Made by a program: the position numbers and the translations under genes
Assembly (NCBI GenBank): GCA_904419075.1
Contig: CAJFQM010000003.1
Span: 153,934-217,933 of the forward strand
Origin: an uncultured Clostridia bacterium
GTDB taxonomy: Bacteria > Bacillota > Clostridia > Christensenellales > Borkfalkiaceae
Direction: 5' to 3'
DNA: 64,000 nt
Notes under the pieces: model-generated
Told to the model about the DNA's origin: nothing
Seen by the model: only the letters and a program-made list of their open reading frames with translations
Database searches by the model: none
Shown: piece after piece, positions 35,727 to 43,743 of the stretch
Layout: every line of letters begins with the position of its first letter
Position numbering within the stretch: position 1 is the stretch's first letter

Positions 35727-36413
35727 TCAGCCTCTGACGGCTACTTTCACGCCCGGTCCCATCGTGGAAGCGACGGCAACGCTCTTCAAATACTGTCCCT
35801 TCGCCGTCGCGGGCTTCGCCTTCAAAATCGCGTCCATGAGCGCGGTGAAGTTTTCGAGCAGCTTCTCCTTGCCGAAGCTCTTCTTGCCGATAGGGCAGTG
35901 AATGATCGCCGTCTTATCGAGTCTGTATTCCACTTTACCGGCTTTGACTTCCTTGATCGCCTTCTCGACGTCCATCGTCACGGTTCCCGACTTGGGGTTG
36001 GGCATCAAGCCCTTGGGACCCAGCACTCTACCGATACGTCCGACCATACCCATCATATCGGGCGTGGTGATCATGACGTCGAAATCGAACCAGTTCTCGT
36101 TCTGGATTTTGGCGATCATCTCTTCCGCGCCGACATAATCCGCGCCGGCTGCCGCCGCCTGATCCGCCTTCGCGCCCTTCGCGATGACCAGAACTTTCTT
36201 CGTCTTACCCGTGCCGTTCGGAAGAACCAGCACGCCGCGGACCTGCTGATCCGCCTGACGGGGGTCTACGCCCAGACGAACGTGCATTTCCACCGTTTCG
36301 TCGAACTTCGCCTTCGCCGTCTCCAACATGATCCCGATCGCTTCCGCCGCTTCGTAGGGCTTCGTCAGGTCAAACGCCTTTACGCTTTCCGTATATTTCT
36401 TTCCGTGTTTCAT
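35727..36413 (-). CDS. rplA: 50S ribosomal protein L1
   Basis: [15 protein letters not shown]...[12 protein letters not shown]. Confidence 0.95.
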   Translation of the reverse strand: MKHGKKYTESVKAFDLTKPYEAAEAIGIMLETAKAKFDETVEMHVRLGVDPRQADQQVRGVLVLPNGTGKTKKVLVIAKGAKADQAAAAGADYVGAEEMIAKIQNENWFDFDVMITTPDMMGMVGRIGRVLGPKGLMPNPKSGTVTMDVEKAIKEVKAGKVEYRLDKTAIIHCPIGKKSFGKEKLLENFTALMDAILKAKPATAKGQYLKSVAVASTMGPGVKVAVRG

Positions 36414-36472
36414 TTTCTAAATCCTCCTTGCGGTCGATGACGGGATTTCTCCCTGCCGCGTTCTCCTTGAAA

Positions 36473-36898
36473 TTACTCTTCCACCGTGACGCCCATGCTG
36501 CGAGCCGTACCCGCAATCATGCTCATCGCGCTTTCGAGAGAGGTGCAGTTGAGGTCGGGAAGTTTCGTCTTTGCGATTTCCTCCACCTGCGCCTTGGTAA
36601 GTTTGCCCACCTTCACGGAATTGGGCTTCGCACTTGCCGTTTCCAAACCCAGCGCCTTCTTGATCAGAACGGGTGCGGGCGGCGTTTTCAGGATGAACGT
36701 AAAGGAACGATCCTGATAAATCGTGACGACGACGGGGATGATGAGCCCCGCTTTATCCGCCGTCTTGGCGTTAAATTCTTTCGTGAATCCCGGCAGGTTG
36801 ATACCGAAGGGACCCAGCGTCGAACCGACGGGGGGTGCCGGAGTTGCCTTTCCTGCGGGAAGCTGCAATTTTACGACCGCAGTAATCTTTTTAGCCAT
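36473..36898 (-). CDS. rplK: 50S ribosomal protein L11
   Basis: [25 protein letters not shown]. Confidence 0.95.
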   Translation of the reverse strand: MAKKITAVVKLQLPAGKATPAPPVGSTLGPFGINLPGFTKEFNAKTADKAGLIIPVVVTIYQDRSFTFILKTPPAPVLIKKALGLETASAKPNSVKVGKLTKAQVEEIAKTKLPDLNCTSLESAMSMIAGTARSMGVTVEE

Positions 36899-37013
36899 AA
36901 CTATATCCTCCTCAGTGGTAATCGCAAGACGCCTTGAATATTTGACGCCTCTCCCACTTTTTTGACTGTTTTTCGTTCGGCGGGACGTATTCCGCTCCGC
37001 TTTTTAACGCGCT

Positions 37014-37577
37014 TTATTCCGCGGAGTCCTCGCTCGGCTCGGGCAGCGGCGCGTCTACTTTCTTGATCTGTACATATTCCACCTCCACGTCGGTGTTGCG
37101 GCCGAACATGGTCGTGGATATCTTCGCTTTCTGCGCGGCGTCGTTCAGCTCTTTCACCGTTCCGAAGAACCCTTTCAACGGGCCCTCTTCGATCGAAACG
37201 GTATCGCCGGGCTTGAAATCGACGTCCGTGACGAACTCTTCGAGTCGCATTTTACGGATTTCCTCTTCCTTCATCGGAATAGGACGCCCCTGAGGACCGC
37301 AAAAACCCGTCACCCCGCGCGTACTCGTCACGTAATACCAAATCTGATTGGTATAAATCATCTTGATAAAAACATAACACGGCAGCAGTTTCCTCTCCAC
37401 TACCTTCCGCTTTCCGTTCTTCTCCTCGATGACCTGTTCCATGGGGATTTTCAAATCGACGATATAATCCCCCAAATTATTGTTTTCAATCAGCTTTTCC
37501 AAGCTGTCTTTGACCATCGCTTCATATCCGGAGTAAGTATGCAGAATATACCACTTCGGCTGTTCCAAATCCGCCAT
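37014..37577 (-). CDS. nusG: Transcription termination/antitermination factor NusG
   Basis: KWYILHTYSGYE NGN domain and a KOW domain (GDTVSIEEGPLKGFFGTV). Confidence 0.95.
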   Translation of the reverse strand: MADLEQPKWYILHTYSGYEAMVKDSLEKLIENNNLGDYIVDLKIPMEQVIEEKNGKRKVVERKLLPCYVFIKMIYTNQIWYYVTSTRGVTGFCGPQGRPIPMKEEEIRKMRLEEFVTDVDFKPGDTVSIEEGPLKGFFGTVKELNDAAQKAKISTTMFGRNTDVEVEYVQIKKVDAPLPEPSEDSAE

Positions 37578-37589
37578 GCTTTCTCCTCC

Positions 37590-37811
37590 TTACGAGATGA
37601 GATCGAGCAGGGCAGCAAGACCCGCATCCACCCCCGTGGTGACGAGCAGGAAAACGAGTACGATGACGAGAACCACGCCCGTCGTCTTCAAAACCGTCGG
37701 GAACGTGGGCCACGTCACCCGCTTCAATTCGGAAAAGACTTCCTTGATCTTCGCCCCTACGCGGCGGAACCAATTCGGTTTCTTGTTTTTTGTTTTCGTT
37801 GCGTTTGCCAT
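37590..37811 (-). CDS. secE: Preprotein translocase subunit SecE
   Basis: 73 aa. ELKRVTWPT followed by a single TM segment. Confidence 0.9.
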   Translation of the reverse strand: MANATKTKNKKPNWFRRVGAKIKEVFSELKRVTWPTFPTVLKTTGVVLVIVLVFLLVTTGVDAGLAALLDLIS

Positions 37812-37873
37812 TGTTTACCTCTGCGTGCAAAATACTTCCGCTTACCGATCCGCGGCATGCGCCCGCTTATCGA

Positions 37874-38038
37874 TTATTTGGATTCTTTATGTTCGGTGTG
37901 CTTCTTGCAGAACGGGCAATACTTTTTGAGAACCAATCTGTCGGGATCGTTCTTCTTGTTCTTGATGCTGTCATAGTTTCTATGCTTGCATTCCGTGCAT
38001 TCGAATGTAATTTTGGCCCTTGCCGTTTTTGTTGCCAT
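37874..38038 (-). CDS. rpmG: 50S ribosomal protein L33
   Basis: The start is [22 protein letters not shown] (ATG 38036-38038) with GGAG upstream. The N-terminal extension in the ORF track was rejected. Confidence 0.9.
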   Translation of the reverse strand: MATKTARAKITFECTECKHRNYDSIKNKKNDPDRLVLKKYCPFCKKHTEHKESK

Positions 38039-38090
38039 ATCGCAAACTCCATACAAAAAAATTACACCCCTCTTAGGTGCGTAAACAAAG

Positions 38091-38118
38091 TTTATCACAC
38101 TTGCGGGGGGCTTGTCAA
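38091..38118 (-). promoter_or_regulatory. Sigma-A promoter for rpmG-secE-nusG
   Basis: Minus strand reads TTGACA-16 nt-(TGT)GATAAA. Confidence 0.5.
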
Positions 38119-38251
38119 TCCTTTTTGACCCGTTTTGAAAATATTTTTTCTCTTTTTTCGCCGATACAAACAATCCCCGGCTCAAAAGACAAATTTCCTC
38201 TGAAATCAGAGCGTCCCGCCGATTCAAAATCCGCGGAACGCCCTCCTCTCC

Positions 38252-38653
38252 TTATTTCTTTTTCAGCGTAAGCTGCGCGCCTTCCATGGACATCGTCATC
38301 TTCTCTCCGTCGCAGGTAACCGTCTGAGCTTCCCCGTCAATGGTAATGACGACCGTGTTCTCTTCTTCCCCTTCCGTCCATGTGCCGGTAGAGGAACCCT
38401 CTTCCACCATGGCGGTGACCGCCTCCACCGTTCCGTCTTCTTTCAACTCGATCGACACGAAGTCTTCCGTCAGCGAAATCATGCCGAGATACGTCTCCCC
38501 GACTTTCAGCGTGGTGGAAACTCCTCCCTGCGTCACCGTGATGGACTCGAATTTATACACGCCCGTCTTTTCCGCTTTTCCGCAGCCGACGAGACAAAAA
38601 AGTCCGACGACGAACACCAGTACACTAAAAAATACCGCCTTTACTTTTTTCAT
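38252..38653 (-). CDS. Small lipoprotein, function unknown
   Basis: Signal peptide with lipobox LVGC. 133 aa, beta-rich. Confidence 0.65.
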   Translation of the reverse strand: MKKVKAVFFSVLVFVVGLFCLVGCGKAEKTGVYKFESITVTQGGVSTTLKVGETYLGMISLTEDFVSIELKEDGTVEAVTAMVEEGSSTGTWTEGEEENTVVITIDGEAQTVTCDGEKMTMSMEGAQLTLKKK

Positions 38654-38687
38654 AATCTTTTCCTCCCTTACGGAAAATTATGGTTTC

Positions 38688-38716
38688 ATTATACTCCCTC
38701 CGCGCAATTTTGTCAA
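38688..38716 (-). promoter_or_regulatory. Consensus sigma-A promoter for the lipoprotein gene
   Basis: Minus strand reads TTGACA-17 nt-TATAAT. Confidence 0.65.
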
Positions 38717-38842
38717 GTATTTTATAATAAATTTTTTTTACAAATATTAATAATGTAACAAAAAAGCGGCTTTTCGCCGCTCTTTATTGCAAAATACGTT
38801 TTTTGCGTCCGTTTTTGTTTTCCTGTCGTTTCCGAAACGTTT

Positions 38843-40033
38843 TTATTTCTTATATTCTTCCGCCAATTTCGCAAAGAGCGGCAAAGCGCGGCGAATGGTT
38901 TCCGTCTCCACGCAGTATGCGATCCGCACATACCCCGGGCAGCCGAAATCGTCGCCGGGAACGAAGAGGAGTTCGTATTTTTTCGCGCGGGCGCAGAAGG
39001 CGTTCGCGTCCGCTTCGGGAGATTTCACGAACAGGTAAAAAGCTCCGTCGGGGTACACGCAGGAGAAACCGAGTTTCGTCAATCCTTCATAGAGCAAATC
39101 GCGGTTGCGCATATATACGCCGAGATCCGCCGTTTTACCGTCGCATTCGGCCGCCACGCGCTGAAACAGCGCGGGGGCGCATACGAACCCGAGGACACGC
39201 CCCGCACCGCATACGGCCGCATACAGAGCCTTGGAATCGGCCGCTTTCGGTCCCACCGCGATATAGCCGATTCTTTCGCCCGGCAGGGAGAGGGATTTGG
39301 AGTAGGAATAACAGACGATCGTATCGTCGTAATAATTGAAGATACAGGGCACTTTCGTCGCTTTATCGTAAACGAGTTCGCGGTAGGGTTCGTCGGACAG
39401 AATGTAAATCGGGTGGCCGTACTCCTTTGACTTCCTCCTCAGAAGCGCGGCGAGGCGTTCGATCGTTTCTTCGCCGTACACTACGCCCGAAGGGTTATTG
39501 GGCGAATTGACGATAACTCCCTTTACATGCGGGTTCAAAGCCCTCCCCAACGCCTCAAAATCGGGCTGAAAGGTCTTATCTTCCGCGGGAACGGGCGTAA
39601 ATTTACAACCGGCTCCCTCCACGAATACCCGATATTCGGCGAAATAGGGCGCGAACGCGAGAAATTCGTCTCCCGCGCACGCCAGCGCATGAATGGAAAT
39701 CGTAAGACAGGCCGCCGCTCCGCAGGTCAGATACAGGTCGTCGCCCGAAAGCGACGCCCCGAAGCGGGCGTTATAATTTTCGGCGATTTTATCGCGGCAC
39801 GCCCTGTCGCCCTGCGCCGACGTATAACCGTGCAGCTGCACGGACGGCGTTTCCTTTACGATACGGCAAATCGATTCGTTCACGCACTCGGGTGCGGGAA
39901 CCGACGGATTGCCGATAGAAAAATCGAACACGTTCTCCCCGCCGATTTCCGCCGAACGGGCTTTCGCATATTCAAAAATTTCCCTGATGACCGAACGCTT
40001 GCTGCCGAGTTTATACATATCCTGATTGAACAT
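38843..40033 (-). CDS. Class I/II PLP-dependent aminotransferase
   Basis: 396 aa. YSYSKSLSLPGERIGY is the PLP-lysine motif. Confidence 0.85.
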   Translation of the reverse strand: MFNQDMYKLGSKRSVIREIFEYAKARSAEIGGENVFDFSIGNPSVPAPECVNESICRIVKETPSVQLHGYTSAQGDRACRDKIAENYNARFGASLSGDDLYLTCGAAACLTISIHALACAGDEFLAFAPYFAEYRVFVEGAGCKFTPVPAEDKTFQPDFEALGRALNPHVKGVIVNSPNNPSGVVYGEETIERLAALLRRKSKEYGHPIYILSDEPYRELVYDKATKVPCIFNYYDDTIVCYSYSKSLSLPGERIGYIAVGPKAADSKALYAAVCGAGRVLGFVCAPALFQRVAAECDGKTADLGVYMRNRDLLYEGLTKLGFSCVYPDGAFYLFVKSPEADANAFCARAKKYELLFVPGDDFGCPGYVRIAYCVETETIRRALPLFAKLAEEYKK

Positions 40034-40060
40034 TCTTGTCCCTCCCGAATGATTGAATGA

Positions 40061-40738
40061 TTATTTCAAAACCTCGTCCCTTTCCCCGCTTTCCGCTTCG
40101 GAGATTTCTCCCGAGTATCCTCCGCCGTCGCGAAGCTCCTCAATTCCGTCGTCCTGTTCCGCCTGAAGCGCCATGAAAAAGTTCGTCCGTGCCATGTCGT
40201 GATACGGAACGACGAACAGCGCCCCCACGCCCAAACATAACAATCCGACGATATACCAGCCGATAAAGCTCAAATCGAGCAAAAACAGCTGCCCTTTATG
40301 CCCGTCCATTCGGCTTCGGCTCTCGTCGAGGCACGCCTTCCAATCCTTCGACTTATCCTCTTGTTGGAGATAATAGCTCATCGAATAGGAATAACTCTTG
40401 ACGATGCCCGGAACGATCAACAGCAACGACCAGAGAAAGATAAAAATGCTTTGCAAAATCCCCAGAACGAGCGCGCCCGAAAAATTCTCCTCAAAGCCCT
40501 TGAACAAATCTCCGAATTCCACTTTTTCCCTTCCGCGGACGCGGTCGGTAAGCACACGAAAAAGTCCGTATTGCAGCGGACCCGTAAGAATGAACACGCC
40601 GAAAAACGTAAATACGGACGCGCTCAAAAGCGCGCTCACGATCAGGCAGGCGAGCAAAATCATCAGCCAATAGTTTTGGAAAATTCCGCCCCCGAGCTGG
40701 CCGCGGGCATTCTGTCTGAGTTCGCGATTGGATATCAT
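40061..40738 (-). CDS. DUF975-family membrane protein
   Basis: The N-terminus is MISNRELRQNARGQLGG..W. Polytopic, typical of DUF975. Confidence 0.7.
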   Translation of the reverse strand: MISNRELRQNARGQLGGGIFQNYWLMILLACLIVSALLSASVFTFFGVFILTGPLQYGLFRVLTDRVRGREKVEFGDLFKGFEENFSGALVLGILQSIFIFLWSLLLIVPGIVKSYSYSMSYYLQQEDKSKDWKACLDESRSRMDGHKGQLFLLDLSFIGWYIVGLLCLGVGALFVVPYHDMARTNFFMALQAEQDDGIEELRDGGGYSGEISEAESGERDEVLK

Positions 40739-40758
40739 AAAAATTTTCTCCGTTTTGT

Positions 40759-40812
40759 CCGTAAGGGAAAAACGACATAGGCGATACCCTATGCCGTTTC
40801 TCTTCCTTACGG
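40759..40812 (-). terminator. ppdK terminator (nested long hairpin)
   Basis: Outer pair ccgtaagg/ccttacgg, inner pair acgacatagg/cctatgccgt, then T-rich sequence on the minus strand. Confidence 0.75.
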
Positions 40813-40822
40813 ATTTATCCGA

Positions 40823-43459
40823 TTACTTTCTGGGATTTTTGATGTTCGCCTGCGCCGCCGCGAGTCTTGCGATGGGTACGCGGTAGGGCGAGCAGGAAAC
40901 ATAGGTGAGGCCGATCTTATGGCAGAATTCCACGGAAGAAGGATCGCCGCCGTGTTCGCCGCAGATGCCGCAGGACATACCGGGACGGGTCTTGCGACCG
41001 AGCTCTACCGCCATTTCCATGAGCTTGCCTACGCCGACCGTGTCGAGACGCGCGAACGGATCGGATTCGTAAATCTTGTTCGCATAATATGCGGGCAGGA
41101 ACTTGCCTGCGTCGTCGCGGGAGAACCCGAACGTCATCTGCGTCAAATCGTTCGTTCCGAAGCAGAAGAATTCCGCTTCCTTCGCGATCTCGTCCGCCGT
41201 GAGCGCCGCTCTCGGAATTTCGATCATGGTGCCGACTTCGTATTTGAGATCCGCTTTCGCCGCAGCGATGATTTCGTCCGCCGTCTTGACGACGATATCT
41301 TTCACGAACTTCATTTCCTTCGCTTCGCCCGTCAGGGGAATCATGATTTCGGGAACGATGTTCCAATCCTTATGCTTCTTCTTCACGTTGATGGCCGCTT
41401 TGATGACCGCTTTCGTCTGCATCACCGCGATTTCGGGATAAGTGACCGTAAGACGGCAGCCTCTGTGACCCATCATCGGGTTGAATTCGTGTAAATCGGA
41501 AATGATCTGCTTGATCTGCGCGACCGTCTTGCCCTGCGTCTTTGCGAGCGCCGCAATGTCCGCTTCCTCGGTGGGAACGAACTCGTGAAGGGGCGGATCG
41601 AGGAACCGAATGGTTACGGGATAGCCGCCGAGCGCTTCAAACAAACCTTCAAAGTCCGCCTGCTGCATGGGCTCGATTTTCGCGAGCGCCGCTTCTCTCT
41701 CTTCCACCGTATCCGAACAGATCATCTCGCGGAACGCGCCGATTCTGTCGGGATCGAAGAACATGTGCTCGGTACGGCACAGGCCGATACCCTGCGCGCC
41801 GAACGCCGCCGCCTGCTTCGCGTCCTTGGGCGTATCCGCGTTCGTCCTTACGCCGAGCGCCTTGTATTTATCCGCAAGCTGCATGATTCTTCCGAAATAG
41901 CCGCTGGAAGTGTCCGCCGCCACCGTGGGAATCGCTTCGCCGTAAATGTTTCCCGTGGAACCGTCGAGGGAGATGACGTCTCCTTCCTTATAAACTTTTC
42001 CGTGGAGAGTAAATTTCTTGTTTTCCTCGTCCATCTTGATGTCGCCGCAGCCGGAGACACAGCAGGTGCCCATGCCGCGCGCGACGACTGCCGCGTGGGA
42101 GGTCATACCGCCGCGGACGGTCAGAATGCCCTGCGCATAGTGCATGCCTTCGATGTCCTCGGGGGAGGTCTCCAATCTCACGAGTACGACCTTCTTGCCC
42201 TTCTTGCCTTCTTCGACGGCGTCCTCGGCCGTGAACACGATGCTGCCGCAGGCGGCACCGGGAGATGCGGGAAGCGCGGAAGCGACGGGTTTCGCCGCTT
42301 TCAGAGCCTTCGCGTCGAACTGAGGGTGAAGGAGCGCGTCGAGCGTCTTGGGATCGATCTGCATGAGCGCTTCCTGTTCGGTAATCATGCCCTCGTCGAT
42401 GAGGTCGCAGGCGATTTTGATTGCGGCCTGCGCCGTGCGCTTGCCGTTACGGGTCTGGAGCATGTAGAGTTTTCTGTCCTCGATGGTGAACTCCATATCC
42501 TGCATATCGCGGTAATGGTTTTCGAGGGTCTTGCAGATCTCCTGGAACTGCGCGTAGCATTCGGGCATGACCTCCGCCATCTTGGCGATGGGCATGGGGG
42601 TGCGGACGCCCGCAACGACGTCTTCGCCCTGCGCGTTCATCAAAAATTCGCCCATGAGCTTCTTTTCGCCCGTAGCGGGGTCGCGCGTGAACGCCACGCC
42701 CGTTCCCGACGTATCGCCCATGTTGCCGAACGCCATCATCTGTACGTTTACCGCCGTGCCCCAGCTGTACGGAATGTCGTTCTGCATTCTGTAATAGTTC
42801 GCACGGGGGTTGTCCCACGAACGGAACACCGCTTTGATCGCACCGAAGAGCTGCTCCTTCGGGTCGTCGGGGAAGTCCACGCCGATTTTCGCCTTATATT
42901 CCGCCTTGAACTCGGAAGCGAGCTTTTTGAGATCGTCCGCCGTGAGCTCGATGTCCTGCGTGACGCCCTTTTCTTCCTTCATCTTGTCGATGAGCTGCTC
43001 GAAATATTTCTTGCCGACCTCCATGACGACGTCAGAATACATCTGGATGAATCTTCTGTAGCAGTCCCAAGCCCAGCGGGGGTTGCCCGATTTCTTGGCG
43101 ATGACTTCGACGACCGTCTCGTTGAGACCGAGGTTCAAAATGGTGTCCATCATGCCGGGCATGGAAGCTCTCGCGCCGGAGCGGACGGAGACGAGAAGCG
43201 GGTTTTCGAGATCGCCGAATTTCTTCCCCGTAATCTTTTCCATCTTCTCGATGTAGGTGAGGATTTCCGCCTGAATTTCGGGATTGATCTGTCTGCCGTC
43301 CTCATAATACTGCGTGCAGGCCTCCGTCGAAATGGTGAAGCCCTGAGGAACAGGAAGGCCGAGACCGGTCATTTCCGCAAGATTGGCGCCCTTGCCGCCG
43401 AGAAGCTCGCGCATTTTCGCATTACCCTCTGTGAAGAGGTAGCAATACTTTTTTGCCAT
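40823..43459 (-). CDS. ppdK: Pyruvate, phosphate dikinase
   Basis: 878 aa. GGKGANLAEM, the phospho-His region GGMTSHAAVVARG, and CGEHGGDP. Confidence 0.95.
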   Translation of the reverse strand: MAKKYCYLFTEGNAKMRELLGGKGANLAEMTGLGLPVPQGFTISTEACTQYYEDGRQINPEIQAEILTYIEKMEKITGKKFGDLENPLLVSVRSGARASMPGMMDTILNLGLNETVVEVIAKKSGNPRWAWDCYRRFIQMYSDVVMEVGKKYFEQLIDKMKEEKGVTQDIELTADDLKKLASEFKAEYKAKIGVDFPDDPKEQLFGAIKAVFRSWDNPRANYYRMQNDIPYSWGTAVNVQMMAFGNMGDTSGTGVAFTRDPATGEKKLMGEFLMNAQGEDVVAGVRTPMPIAKMAEVMPECYAQFQEICKTLENHYRDMQDMEFTIEDRKLYMLQTRNGKRTAQAAIKIACDLIDEGMITEQEALMQIDPKTLDALLHPQFDAKALKAAKPVASALPASPGAACGSIVFTAEDAVEEGKKGKKVVLVRLETSPEDIEGMHYAQGILTVRGGMTSHAAVVARGMGTCCVSGCGDIKMDEENKKFTLHGKVYKEGDVISLDGSTGNIYGEAIPTVAADTSSGYFGRIMQLADKYKALGVRTNADTPKDAKQAAAFGAQGIGLCRTEHMFFDPDRIGAFREMICSDTVEEREAALAKIEPMQQADFEGLFEALGGYPVTIRFLDPPLHEFVPTEEADIAALAKTQGKTVAQIKQIISDLHEFNPMMGHRGCRLTVTYPEIAVMQTKAVIKAAINVKKKHKDWNIVPEIMIPLTGEAKEMKFVKDIVVKTADEIIAAAKADLKYEVGTMIEIPRAALTADEIAKEAEFFCFGTNDLTQMTFGFSRDDAGKFLPAYYANKIYESDPFARLDTVGVGKLMEMAVELGRKTRPGMSCGICGEHGGDPSSVEFCHKIGLTYVSCSPYRVPIARLAAAQANIKNPRK

Positions 43460-43547
43460 AGTTGATTATTTCCTCCATGAGATTATTTAACTTGATCGTT
43501 TTAATGGTTATCGGCTCCTTCGAGCCTTGCATTTTTTACCATAATTC

Positions 43548-43576
43548 ATTCTAATACAAAACGCGAGAAATATCAA
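43548..43576 (-). promoter_or_regulatory. Sigma-A promoter for ppdK
   Basis: Minus strand reads TTGATA-17 nt-TAGAAT. Confidence 0.55.
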
Positions 43577-43651
43577 GTCTTTCGCGGGAGCTTTTTCGGA
43601 TTTTTTCGCAATTTTATCAAATTTTTTTGCGCTTCGAGGCGTTTTTGCCCG

Positions 43652-43696
43652 AAAATAAAGAGACGGGCGCGGTCTTTCGCTCCGCCGCCCCGTCTC
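43652..43696 (-). terminator. Terminator of the Mrr-like gene
   Basis: gagacggg.../...cccgtctc stem followed by TTTATTTT on the minus strand. Confidence 0.65.
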
Positions 43697-43743
43697 CTTT
43701 TCGCACTTTCAAAAACAATTTGTTCTCCCTTCCGAAAGTTCGT

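Noticed and set aside
36899-37013. The rplK-nusG spacer might be a ribosomal-protein leader or a terminator.
   Set aside because: I could draw only weak, ambiguous pairings. There is no U-tract on the coding (minus) strand, so the evidence is insufficient.
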